From the NCBI GenBank assembly GCA_963782915.1, contig CAWALK010000023.1, positions 1 through 64,000 of the forward strand: a stretch of 64,000 bases of DNA. The letters run 5' to 3'. This DNA is from an uncultured archaeon. GTDB taxonomy: Archaea; Thermoproteota; Bathyarchaeia; Bathyarchaeales; Bathycorpusculaceae. This document shows positions 41,383 to 51,320 of the stretch, in pieces. Under the pieces are notes generated by a model, which made no database searches, was not told where the DNA came from, and saw only the letters and a list, made by a program, of their open reading frames with translations. Both the position numbers and the translations under genes were made by a program. Position 1 is the first letter of the stretch, and every line of letters begins with the position of its first letter.

Positions 41383-41754
41383 TTACACCACGTTTTGACC
41401 ATTTGCGTGCAAATCAAAAGCCCTAGCAAAAGACTTTGCCACATTAGGACTCGTATTCACACTGTTTGGTGGAGACAGAAGTTTTGTTTCCTGAGCTATC
41501 CTTTGCGCTACCGCAGTGTCATGGTAGTTCGAATGTAACATGACTTGAAAGCGGGTAGGTTGAACAAAATAGGTTCCGCTAAGACTACCGTTTTTCGCTA
41601 GACCCAGAAGCCATGAACCAATGTTTTGTTTGGGAAACCCCTGAAGTGCTACAAGAAAGTTAAATAGCTCTTCCAGGTTGACGATTTCTTTTACTGGTCC
41701 AACTTGACGATTAGGCGGAGAGCAAGTTAAAGTTATTTTCAAACTTTTCACCAA
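41383..41754 (-). CDS. hypothetical protein
   Basis: 123-aa ORF. Confidence 0.5.
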   Translation of the reverse strand: MVKSLKITLTCSPPNRQVGPVKEIVNLEELFNFLVALQGFPKQNIGSWLLGLAKNGSLSGTYFVQPTRFQVMLHSNYHDTAVAQRIAQETKLLSPPNSVNTSPNVAKSFARAFDLHANGQNVV

Positions 41755-41816
41755 GTAAGCTCTATTGTCATATTGTTTTTTTAAGGCTTACCCAAACCAA
41801 GCCGCAATGGGTCAAG

Positions 41817-43874
41817 TCAAGTTGCTTTAAGGTTTATAGCCCCCTTAGTATAGGGCACAAACTCGCGAACCTGCTCAATGCTGGTTTTGCCCATTTTCTC
41901 ACGTTGCTCCCTAGAAAGCTTCGCCGTCAACGTGCGCATAATCATCTGCAACAACTCTTTTCCCTGATAATCACCCGGCTGAATAACCACATACAATTTG
42001 GTTTTAGCTTTCACCGAGTCGATTGGACCGCCCACAAAACCGGTCTCCTCACCAAGAGTTATGCCAACTGCAATCCGCAAAGCTGTATTATTGTACCAGT
42101 TACGTTTGCCAACCACAAAGAACGCGCCATGGGGAATCGATTCGCCGCTGGCTCCGCTCTTGCTTAGTTGGTCAACTTTCACCCAGTACACGTCGGCTGT
42201 GCCAGCGTTTTCTCGCCAAGCACGTGAATAGGACGCTGCCGCCTCCGCTGCTTCCCTGAGCGTCTGTTCACTGATTTCTTTACCCTGGGCTTTTACGACT
42301 ACGAAAGGTGAACCGGTAATTTCAGCATGGAACACCACGTCCTCTTGTTTAGTATACTTCTTGATGAGCACTTCATTGCTAACCGTGTCTTTGCCTGCAA
42401 CTACAAGGAAGCCGTCTGAGGTGGTGAACCAGCGGAATTTCTCGTACCACTGCTTATTCGCCATTGCCTCTTTGCGTTTTGCAAGTGCTTCCACGATTTG
42501 GGCAGGCTTTAAACTCTTGAGTGCCTCTGCTTCTTGGAGTTCCGCTTCGATATCTGCCAGTTTCTTCTTGGAATCATTGAGTGCAGTTTGGGCATTCTGA
42601 GCTTTCTCTTTAGCCCCTTTGCCACGCTCATAATACTCATTCGCATTATCAAACAGCGACTTACGCAACGCTAAACTGAAATGGTAACTATCGATGCCCA
42701 AGTTGACTGCCATGTTTTTGCCATCAAACGACTCCACATAAGCCATGGGCACTTTGCCCGCTTTTTTAGCAACCATAACTTGTTCGATGATTGCATCCCA
42801 ATCGTAGCCTTGTTGGTTAGCTTTGAGGAGTTGTTCTTGGAAGGTTTGGAGTTCGAGGAAATGGGCGTAGATGGTGTCGCCGATTTGTTTGTACTGCTCT
42901 GTTTTCTTTTCGTCGTCTGCGATGGATTTTTCTTGTTCATCCACGATGCGTTTTAGGCGGGCTGATTCCTGTTTTAGCTTGTCAACTTCGACGGTTCCCG
43001 CAGCTTTTTCCAATGCTTTTACGTGGAGGAAGAATTCGTCCAGTGCCGCGTTGAATGATTCGTAGGTTTGGGTTTTGCAGCCTTCATAGCGTTTGAGTTT
43101 AAAAGGTAAGACGTCGAGGTAGCTGTCATCTTCATCTTTGATTATGCTTGGTTCAAACTTGCCCTCAAGAACGGGTGTAAGTAATGTTTGGAGTGCCCCA
43201 AAAATAGCTGAGGTATCAGTTTGGGTTAATTCTTTGCAGGGTTTAGTCTTCTCGATACCTGCTCGGAGCAGTGTTTCTTCGGCATAGGTTCCGCCGATAC
43301 CAAAAGACCGCGCTAAAGTACGTACAACTTGGGCGTCGCCGGCATTCTTGAGGGTCTCTTCCAGTTCAGGTTGGGTAACTTTGAATGGGTTCTTGCCGCT
43401 CGGAGGCGGATAAACCAAAACCACGTTACGCAAGATGTCGCGGTCACGCATTTTTTTAAATTCAAGCGCCTGAATAATCACGTTTTGTTCGTTTGTAATT
43501 ATGATGTTGCCTTCGCCGAAAAGCTCCACAACCATCTTAAGCAATCCGGTTTTGGTTTCGAAAGTAACCGTCACTATCCTTTCGAATTCATACTGCTCGA
43601 TTCCCCGTAGCCAGGTGTCTCGGAGGTATTTGCGTAGTAACATGCAGAATGGCGGAGGCTCATTTGGGCTTTCCTCGGCATATGCGGTTGAATGCAGCCT
43701 GCGACCAGCTTCAACGACGAGGCGGATTGGTGGTCTGTCGGTTTTGTGGAGTTTGAAGATGATGGTTTTTTCGCCGAATTGGTAGATGTTATTCACTCTG
43801 GAATCAGCGATGAGGGGCTGGAGTTCTTTGATTGCTGCTGAAATGTCGAAGCTTGAGGATTCTTTTTTACGCAA
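41817..43874 (-). CDS. rqcH: ribosome rescue protein RqcH (NFACT/Rqc2 homologue); TTG start at 43874
   Basis: SSFD, MLLRKYL, QYEFERIV, ELFGEGN, WYEKFRWF, GKD..SNE, GAFFV.GKRN. Confidence 0.92.
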   Translation of the reverse strand: MRKKESSSFDISAAIKELQPLIADSRVNNIYQFGEKTIIFKLHKTDRPPIRLVVEAGRRLHSTAYAEESPNEPPPFCMLLRKYLRDTWLRGIEQYEFERIVTVTFETKTGLLKMVVELFGEGNIIITNEQNVIIQALEFKKMRDRDILRNVVLVYPPPSGKNPFKVTQPELEETLKNAGDAQVVRTLARSFGIGGTYAEETLLRAGIEKTKPCKELTQTDTSAIFGALQTLLTPVLEGKFEPSIIKDEDDSYLDVLPFKLKRYEGCKTQTYESFNAALDEFFLHVKALEKAAGTVEVDKLKQESARLKRIVDEQEKSIADDEKKTEQYKQIGDTIYAHFLELQTFQEQLLKANQQGYDWDAIIEQVMVAKKAGKVPMAYVESFDGKNMAVNLGIDSYHFSLALRKSLFDNANEYYERGKGAKEKAQNAQTALNDSKKKLADIEAELQEAEALKSLKPAQIVEALAKRKEAMANKQWYEKFRWFTTSDGFLVVAGKDTVSNEVLIKKYTKQEDVVFHAEITGSPFVVVKAQGKEISEQTLREAAEAAASYSRAWRENAGTADVYWVKVDQLSKSGASGESIPHGAFFVVGKRNWYNNTALRIAVGITLGEETGFVGGPIDSVKAKTKLYVVIQPGDYQGKELLQMIMRTLTAKLSREQREKMGKTSIEQVREFVPYTKGAINLKAT

Positions 43875-44044
43875 CGCATCCACCGTTAATGCGTGTATAT
43901 TGCAGTTGACTATAAAATAACCGTTTGTGCCAACAAACACAGAATCTGCCCAAACCAAACCCGTGGAGTGGCAGAAACGATTAATACTTAGGCATCCTTT
44001 TTAAGAAAGCACCAAAACATTAACTTCGAAGGTATAGGTTTCAG

Positions 44045-44341
44045 ATGACCCCTGTCGTTCAACTTTACTGGTTAAGAGTCGCATTAGGCATTGTTGCAGG
44101 CGCAATAGCAGCAATTCTAGCAAAATTCTTGTTCGCAGGTCCAGACATAACGCCCTTAATCAACAGCATAACTGTTGCGTTGCTCATCTACTTCATAACA
44201 TACTATATCTTCCGCGCATCATACAAAGAAAAGATACCTAAACAATCAAAAATCCTCAGCACAGGCATAGGCATGTACTTCTTTAGTTGGATTGCCTTCT
44301 TCGTGTTATTCTACACGATAATCCAAGTAATCGTCGGCTAA
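44045..44341 (+). CDS. EMC6/Rab5ip-like three-TM protein
   Basis: YWLRVALGIVAG...GIGMYFFSWIAFFVLFYT. Confidence 0.65.
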   Translation: MTPVVQLYWLRVALGIVAGAIAAILAKFLFAGPDITPLINSITVALLIYFITYYIFRASYKEKIPKQSKILSTGIGMYFFSWIAFFVLFYTIIQVIVG

Positions 44342-44350
44342 AAAAAATTA

Positions 44351-44833
44351 TTATATTTTATTTTCTTCTTTAGTTACTTCTTCGTTTTCTGTAGTTTCCT
44401 TCAAGAAATTAGCGATTGTTGCTTGACTTTTATCGCTGCGTGTTGTCTCAATTTTTTCTGCTTCCGCCGTTGCCTTTTCATTCGGCGCCGGAATATTCAT
44501 GCGGGAAAGGATACGCATGCAGTCTGCCCAAGCTGAAAAGTAGCCGCGGTCAAAGTCGCCGTGCAAGCCGTTGCCCATGTGGCTGAGGAATTCTTTTCTG
44601 TAATCATTAAGCATAACTTTATCGCTAAAATCAACCTTAGAAAAGAAGGCGTAGTCGTCGGCTGTGTTTTTGCGTGAAAGATACATGCCATAGAGGGCAC
44701 GGAAGTATCCTCTGTTCCACTCTGTCTTCTGCATCTTCTGCTTAACACGTTCCAGCTCTCGTTCAGCTTCCGTAAATTGACGGCTGACTATGAGCTGAAA
44801 GTACCTTGTGACTAGGGCTTGGGCAATTGGCAT
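44351..44833 (-). CDS. hypothetical protein downstream of radA
   Basis: Repeated RGYF.A motifs; 2 nt from the radA stop. Confidence 0.75.
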   Translation of the reverse strand: MPIAQALVTRYFQLIVSRQFTEAERELERVKQKMQKTEWNRGYFRALYGMYLSRKNTADDYAFFSKVDFSDKVMLNDYRKEFLSHMGNGLHGDFDRGYFSAWADCMRILSRMNIPAPNEKATAEAEKIETTRSDKSQATIANFLKETTENEEVTKEENKI

Positions 44834-44835
44834 AC

Positions 44836-45939
44836 TTAGCGTCCACGAGGTTTGGTTGCTTTCTCTTCTTCAGAGACATCCTCTATTCCGTTCTCGGTGA
44901 CTTTAAGTATTTCCTCTCCCTCCGGCAAATATGGACTTGAAACTAGCCTTGCAATACGGATGGGTCCATGCGATGCACGGCGTAGATAGAGGCGAGTGTG
45001 GCTTGTGTGGCCAACGATGTTGCCGCCGATTGGGTGAATCGCGTCACCGAAGAACTGGTCAGGCTTCGCCATTACTTGGTTTGTAACGACTGCTACCGCG
45101 TTGAATGCGCGGGCGAGTGCGACAAGTTTGTGCATGTGCTTGTTTAGTTTCTGTTGGCGGGACGCAAGCATTTCTCGGCCGATGTATTCACTGCGGAAAT
45201 GCGCGGTGAGTGAATCGACTATGATTAGTTTGATATTATTTGCCTTTATGATTTCGTCAGCGTTTTCTAATAGGAACATTTGGTGGTCGCTTGTGTAGGC
45301 TTCGGCGTAGATGATGTTTTTGACGGCTTGCTCAGGGTCTAATCCTACGTGTTTTGCCATCTGGATGATGCGTTCAAGCCGGAAAGTGTTTTCTGTGTCC
45401 ACGTAGAGTACGCCGCCGTTTAATCCGCCTTTCTCTGGCGGGAGCTGGACGTTGATGCATAGTTGGTGGCACATTTGGCTTTTGCCGCTGCCGTATTCGC
45501 CGTAGAATTCGGTTATGGTTTGTGTTTCTAAGCCGCCGGCTAAGATTTTATCGAGGGCTTGGCTGCCTGAAGTTAATCTGAGAACGGTTTTGCGCATTTT
45601 GAAGAGTTCATCGGCGCGTATGAATGCTATGCCGATGGATGAGCGTGCGGCTTCGATGATTTGGAATGCTTTCTTTTCGCTGACACCGACTGGGTCGAGT
45701 TCGCGGCTGGTTGCCATTGCTAATGATTCGACGGTGTGGTAGCCTAGTTCGCGTAGTTTCGCTGCGGTTGCTGGGCCTACTCCTGGAAGGTCTTCTATGA
45801 ATTCAAATTTTCTTTTGTTTTCTTCCATTTGCAGGACTTGTTCGCTTTTTTGTTCTGGCTCTTCAGTATTTTCAGTATCCTCTTGATTTTCCTGGTTTTC
45901 TTCTTGTTGAATGTCGGTGTCTTCTGACATAGATTTCAC
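44836..45939 (-). CDS. radA: DNA repair and recombination protein RadA
   Basis: HhH DLPGVG, GEYGSGKS, DTENTFR, IVDSL, TNQV; acidic N-terminal extension. Confidence 0.97.
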   Translation of the reverse strand: MKSMSEDTDIQQEENQENQEDTENTEEPEQKSEQVLQMEENKRKFEFIEDLPGVGPATAAKLRELGYHTVESLAMATSRELDPVGVSEKKAFQIIEAARSSIGIAFIRADELFKMRKTVLRLTSGSQALDKILAGGLETQTITEFYGEYGSGKSQMCHQLCINVQLPPEKGGLNGGVLYVDTENTFRLERIIQMAKHVGLDPEQAVKNIIYAEAYTSDHQMFLLENADEIIKANNIKLIIVDSLTAHFRSEYIGREMLASRQQKLNKHMHKLVALARAFNAVAVVTNQVMAKPDQFFGDAIHPIGGNIVGHTSHTRLYLRRASHGPIRIARLVSSPYLPEGEEILKVTENGIEDVSEEEKATKPRGR

Positions 45940-46156
45940 AGCTTTTACGATGATGTGTGCGGCGGCAATATTTAAAACAATCCAATAAAGGCACTTCTGA
46001 GGCAGTGGAGGGGTAAGTGAAAGTGAACCTGCTCACTTTGACTTTTGTAAATCCTTTTGCATTTGATTCTTCAGTTTCCGAATATACAAGATTAACATTT
46101 GGAAAAGCTTATATTAAGTTACAATCAAAACACAGAGCCAGTAATCGGTGACTACG

Positions 46157-46696
46157 ATGAATAAAAAAATGATTTATATTGTTGTTGCGGTCATTGTCGT
46201 CGTTCTTGTTGTCGGCGTTGCAGGCGTAATGTTGTTAAGTAATAATGGAAACAATGGAAACACAAACCCAACCCCCACACCACCACCAGCCACTCCAGTC
46301 GTCACAAGCTTCAACTCTACAGTTCAGTGTTAACGAAACCGTCACTGCCACAAGCGATGTAGTAGCATATCAATATTCATGCAAAAACTTCAATACTTCA
46401 ACCGAAGTGGTTCGTGTAGACATGAACCTTGGCGCAGCTGGCAACTTCAGCTATATAGTCGATAGCAGTGCACAAAAATCCTGGGTTTCTATGGATAACG
46501 GTGCCACTTGGACTGCTAGTGTCTTCGCTGATGACAACACAAACTATGAGCCCCATTCCATGCATTCGTCAACAAAATAGTTGCAAACGGTGATTCAGCA
46601 GTTGACTACACATACACAACCGGCACCACATCCGTCAGTATCTACTGCATTGCAGTCAACCCAACAATCGCTGATTCAGTTTTCGCAACTAGCTAA
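46157..46696 (+). CDS. membrane-anchored secreted protein, frameshifted
   Basis: N-terminal TM, PTPTPPP linker, continues in other frames to FATS*. Confidence 0.55.
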
Positions 46697-46785
46697 ATTT
46701 ACCGCACAAATGTTGGTTCCTAACCAACCTATTCCCTTTTTTTAGGTTCAACTTAAAAAAAAGTTTGTTTATACCCTACTAGAAG

Positions 46786-47642
46786 TTACTCAGAAACTGA
46801 ATGTTCAAGTCTTTGTGCATCTTTGACTTCATAAATAATGCTCCCACCCGTCTTCATATTAATCTGATCAATCTCCTGAATCATACGGTTAACCATCCTG
46901 CCCACCACCAAAACAAACACGTTTAACCCCCTTGACGCGGCAATGGCGGCTGAACGGCTGATCCCAAACTCAATATCTGCTTCCTGACCCAACTTACTCA
47001 GCACTGCTCTGCCAACTGCACCCATGACGCCGATGCGGTCAGGCTTAAACTCATCATAGATCGCTTTCACTTTAGCCATATCGGTTGCTTGAGAGCCGCC
47101 TTTGCGTATGCTGGGCAACTTTACGATGAGGATTTTTCCTTGTTTAACCTTCATTTTGCCATGTAAGATCTTTTAGACCTAAGTCTTCGCCTGTTTGGGC
47201 GTCGGTAAGTGCAGTGCCTTTAGCTTGGGTTAGTGGGCTGTCTGTGGGAACGGTGTACATGACGCCTTCTTTCATGATTAAACCCACTTCTTGTCCCGCT
47301 TTGACTGGTTGGGTGGCTATTGCTGGCCATGCATGCTCGATTTTTAGGTCGTGTTTGACTTCGTTAACATAGTTTTCTAAGGTTGCGTATGTCCTCTTTT
47401 AGTTTGGTTATTCCTTTTGCGTGTTAGGTGGTAGTCGGCTCGTTCACTGCCTGCTTCTAGGAGGCCTTCTTTGGTGAGGCTTTTGAAGTATTTGGAGATG
47501 GCTTGGATGGTTATGCCTAGTTTTGTCGCTGATGTCTTTTTGTTTGACGTGGGGTTGGTTTCGCATGACTTCGAGTAGGATTTGGAATTTGGTGAATTCG
47601 CCTTTGTCTTTTAGCAGTAGGGTTCGGTTGTTGCTTCGCCAA
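46786..47642 (-). CDS. MarR/wHTH transcriptional regulator (COG1497-like), multiple indels
   Basis: Manual translation LLKDKGEFTKFQILLEVMRNQPHVKQKDISDKLGITIQAISKY...; C-terminal AAIAASRGLNV. Confidence 0.75.
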
Positions 47643-47656
47643 TGAAATCAACCTGA

Positions 47657-47687
47657 CGTTAACTTTAGTTAAACGAAAGTTTATAAG
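47657..47687. promoter_or_regulatory. palindromic operator plus BRE/TATA between the regulator and cbiM
   Basis: CGTTAACT-TT-AGTTAA(A)CG followed by AAAG-TTTATAAG. Confidence 0.5.
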
Positions 47688-47728
47688 GTTTCAGCTGGAT
47701 TAACCCCGAAAAGAGAGGGCAAAATCAT

Positions 47729-49522
47729 ACGCACATAATGGAAGGCTTCCTACCCCATCCATGGTGGGAAATCTGGTTCGCAATCACAATACCCATAGTT
47801 GCCTACGGAATCTACCGCCTCTCCAAAATCGCAAAAAAAGACCCCGAAGCCAAACCATTACTTGCACTCATGGGCGCATTCATCTTCGTCGTCTCAGCCC
47901 TAAAATTGCCCTCAGTTTTTGGCAGCAGTTCACATCCCACAGGTTCAGGGTTAGCAGCCGTAATTTTTGGTCCAGCCGTAGCCTCAGTCCTCTCCATGAT
48001 TGCCCTGATTTTCCAAGCAACACTATTAGCTCATGGCGGCTTAACCACGCTTGGCGCCAACGTTTTCTCCATGGGCATCGTGGGGCCATTTGTGGCTTAT
48101 ATCACTTGGATTATCTGCAAAAAGACTAGAGTGCCAACGCCCGCAGGGGTCTTTCTTGCAGTAGCATTAAGCGATCTATTCACTTACCTTACCACTTCAG
48201 TGCAGCTTGCACTCGCTTTCCCCTCACAAGGCTTCTTTGGTGCATTCATAAAGTTTGCAGCCATCTTCGCCGTCACACAGATTCCCTTAGCTGTCGGTGA
48301 AGGTATACTGGGCGTTTTCGTCTTTGATTTCCTAACGAAGTATAAGGGACAGATTCTTTCCTCCTTGAAGGTCATCCGTTCCCCAATCGCAGGTATGCCA
48401 GAGAAAGAATTTCAACTTAAAAAGAAACATTACGCCATCTTGATTACTGTGTTGTTGGTGCTTTTCATAACGCCTTTTGTTATAGCTTCCACCAACTTGG
48501 CTGGGACCGACGACGCCGCAGCAAATATCATCACTGCGACTGGATATCAACCTTGGTTTACCCCAGTCTTAACGCTCCCCGCTTCATGGATAGAGCCGCT
48601 TCTTGGGGTGCAAGCCCTCATCGGAGCATCCATAATTGCTTATATCGTTATACGGACAAGACGAAAAGCCAAAATGCTATCGCCAATGCAGCATAAGGGG
48701 CATAAACACCGCCACAGCCACGAAGAAGGGCACGCAAACTTATCTGCACAAATAGACAGTTACGCCTATACCAATCAACTGGCAAAAGTAAGTCCAACCA
48801 CAAAAATCTTCTTCGCCGTCTCAATGCTTCTCCTTAGCGTCCTATCAGCCTCCCCAATTGTTTCCATAACAGTATTCATAATCACGCTAGTGCTGATCAC
48901 TCTTGTAGCTCAGATCCCTGGGCGATTCTATCTCGACCTCTTAACTTATCCACTAATATTCGCCGCAGTAAGCTGCGTCTTCATAGCATTATTCTTTGGC
49001 AACGGCCAACCATTACTGGAAATCGCTTTCCCATGGTTCAACTGGGTAATCTATAGCAACGGAGTAGCCACAGCATTCTTCACCTTCTTCCGCGTTCTAG
49101 GCGCAATCTCCGCACTGTTCTTCCTAGTGCTCACTACAACCATGAATGACCTCTTCATCAGCCTAAGAAAAATCCACATCCCCAAAGTCCTCATCGAAAT
49201 CAGCCTGCTCATCTACCGCTACATATTTGTCTTCATGGAAGTCTCCGCAAAAATGACAACCGCACAAAAACTAAGATTGGGACAAACTGGCTTCTTAAAA
49301 CGTATTCGCCAAACCTCAATGCTAGCCGTCAACCTGTTTATCCGCACGCTAGAGCAGGGTGAACGCACATTCGTCGCTATGAACGCCCGAGGTTACGACG
49401 GAAACATCCGCGTACTCGAAGACCAACCTAAACCAAGCAAGGCAGTAATCGCAGGTATAATCCTGCTTGACATCATGCTTGGGTTAATCGCATTAAACGT
49501 AATTCACATATGGAGTCTCTAA
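47729..49522 (+). CDS. cbiM: cobalt ECF transporter fusion CbiM-CbiN-CbiQ
   Basis: (ACG)HIMEGFLP, SSSHPTG, QATLLAHGGLTTLGAN; GTDDAA..GYQPWF (CbiN); His-rich linker; IDSYAY, YRYIFV, AMNARGY (CbiQ). Confidence 0.88.
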   Translation, partial: THIMEGFLPHPWWEIWFAITIPIVAYGIYRLSKIAKKDPEAKPLLALMGAFIFVVSALKLPSVFGSSSHPTGSGLAAVIFGPAVASVLSMIALIFQATLLAHGGLTTLGANVFSMGIVGPFVAYITWIICKKTRVPTPAGVFLAVALSDLFTYLTTSVQLALAFPSQGFFGAFIKFAAIFAVTQIPLAVGEGILGVFVFDFLTKYKGQILSSLKVIRSPIAGMPEKEFQLKKKHYAILITVLLVLFITPFVIASTNLAGTDDAAANIITATGYQPWFTPVLTLPASWIEPLLGVQALIGASIIAYIVIRTRRKAKMLSPMQHKGHKHRHSHEEGHANLSAQIDSYAYTNQLAKVSPTTKIFFAVSMLLLSVLSASPIVSITVFIITLVLITLVAQIPGRFYLDLLTYPLIFAAVSCVFIALFFGNGQPLLEIAFPWFNWVIYSNGVATAFFTFFRVLGAISALFFLVLTTTMNDLFISLRKIHIPKVLIEISLLIYRYIFVFMEVSAKMTTAQKLRLGQTGFLKRIRQTSMLAVNLFIRTLEQGERTFVAMNARGYDGNIRVLEDQPKPSKAVIAGIILLDIMLGLIALNVIHIWSL

Positions 49523-49523
49523 C

Positions 49524-50382
49524 ATGTTGTTTGACATACAAAACTTAACCCACGAATACTCCGACGGCACACTCGCCTTAGACAATGTCTCCGTGGGTTT
49601 CAAACGCTCAGAACGCATTGCACTATTAGGAACCAACGGCTCAGGCAAAACCACCCTGCTAAACCACTTAAACGGCATCCTAAAACCCACCTCAGGCCGA
49701 ATCCTATTCGACGGAAACCCACTCAAATACGATGCCAAATCCCTCTTAGAACTCCGCAAACGAGTCGGCTTCGTTTTTCAGGACCCAAACGACCAACTCT
49801 TTGCCCCCACCGTCAAACAGGATGTAGCGTTTGGGCCACTGAACTTGGGGTATAGCACAGAGAAAGTCAAAGTTATCGTGGAAGAGGCACTTGCCATTGT
49901 AGGTATGTCTGGATTTCGGGGACAAACCGCCACATTTTATGAGTTTGGGACAGAAGAAGCGTGTGGCACTTGCGGGTGTGCTTGCCATGGAGCCTGAAGT
50001 TATTATCATGGATGAACCCACCTCAAACTTGGACCCAAGAGCCACAAGCGACATCTTGCATTTGCTGTTGCAGTTAAACAAAGAAAAAGGCATAACGCTG
50101 CTTCTTGCAACGCATGATGTAGACATGGTTCCGCTTTTCGCTACAGAAATGTATGTGCTCAACAAGGGTAAACTGGTTTCACAGGGTACACCTAAAGAGT
50201 CTTTCTCCAACGGTGACCTCATACGGAAAGTCAATCTGCGTTCGCCAAGAATAACGCACCTTTTTGAAGTGCTGAAAACTGAGGATAAGTTGCCGATTGC
50301 GGATGAGTTGCCCTTGACGATTAGTGAAGCTAGAAAAGAAATAATCAGACTTTTAAATACTAAAACCTCCGATAAACAGTAA
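49524..50382 (+). CDS. cbiO: cobalt ECF transporter ATPase (+1 indel near 49920)
   Basis: GTNGSGKTT, FQDPNDQLF, SLGQKKRV, MDEPT, THD. Confidence 0.92.
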
Positions 50383-50395
50383 TGATGAGCAGTAA

Positions 50396-50551
50396 ATGAG
50401 TACTGATACCGCTGACTTAGAGGCCAGAAAGAAGAAAATTAAGGCTATCTTGGAAGAAGTAACTAAAAACCGAATTGAGCTTGCCAAAAAGACGGGCATG
50501 ACACGCTCATCGGCTGAAATTATAAGATGGGACCGTGACCACGGCCACTAA
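50396..50551 (+). CDS. 51-aa protein resembling archaeal VapB-type antitoxin C-termini (not in ORF track)
   Basis: MSTDTADLEARKKKIKAILEEVTKNRIELAKKTGMTRSSAEIIRWDRDHGH. Confidence 0.5.
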   Translation: MSTDTADLEARKKKIKAILEEVTKNRIELAKKTGMTRSSAEIIRWDRDHGH

Positions 50552-50583
50552 CTGTTCATACAAAAAAATTTAGGCTGGTTAGT

Positions 50584-51320
50584 TTAGAGGTCATAGCCTC
50601 TGGCTGTAACCATTTTGCCATTAACCACTTTCGTTGCCGAGTTGCCTACGACTATGGTGGTTACCATGTCGATGTCGCAGTTGAGCATGTCTTTGAGGGT
50701 TGTTAATGTGAAGTTTTGTCCTTCACGCCCAGCTTGCCTCACAATGCCGACGGGTGTGTCTGGTTTAATGTGTTTCATCATTATCTCGTAGGCATTAGCA
50801 AGTGGTTCGATGCGTCCTTGGCTCTGTGGGTTATAGAGTACGATTGACATATCCGCGGATGAGGCTGCTTCGAGTCTGCGCTCGATTTTTTCCCAAGGCG
50901 TTAACAGGTCGCTTAAGCTGATTACTGCGAAGTCGCTGACGAGTGGTGCTCCGAGGATGGCTGATGCGGCTGTTGCTGCAGTTACGCCTGGTACAATCTC
51001 AACTGGTACAGGGCTCTTGTCTTTGGCTGCAACTTCTAAAACTACGCCTGCCATGCCATAGACGCCTGGGTCGCCGCTGGAAACCATAACAACGCTTTTG
51101 CCTTCTTTGGCTTTGTCAACTGCTATTTGGGCTCGTTCAACCTCTTTGCCCATGGTTCCAGAAAATACTTCAGCATCTTTTTTGATAATTGCTGAATAAG
51201 TTTGATGTAAGTGCCATAACCCACGACTACGTCGGCTGATTCGATTTCGCTGCGTGCCTTAGGCGTTAAATGCTCCAGACTGCCAGGTCCAATCCCGACT
51301 ACGCTTACTCGTCCTCGGCT
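50584..51320 (-). CDS. cbiH: cobalt-precorrin-3 C17-methyltransferase (frameshifted; start unclear)
   Basis: VVGIGPGS, VSSGDPGVYGMA, SLSDLLTPW, MVTARGY. Confidence 0.9.

Noticed and set aside
47645-47730. Cobalamin riboswitch upstream of cbiM
   Set aside because: The gap is under 90 nt, is occupied by promoter elements and has no B12-box
50382-50415. ATGATGA...CTGA...CTGA as a C/D box sRNA
   Set aside because: There is no C' box or second guide, the spacing is too short, and it overlaps a plausible ORF start
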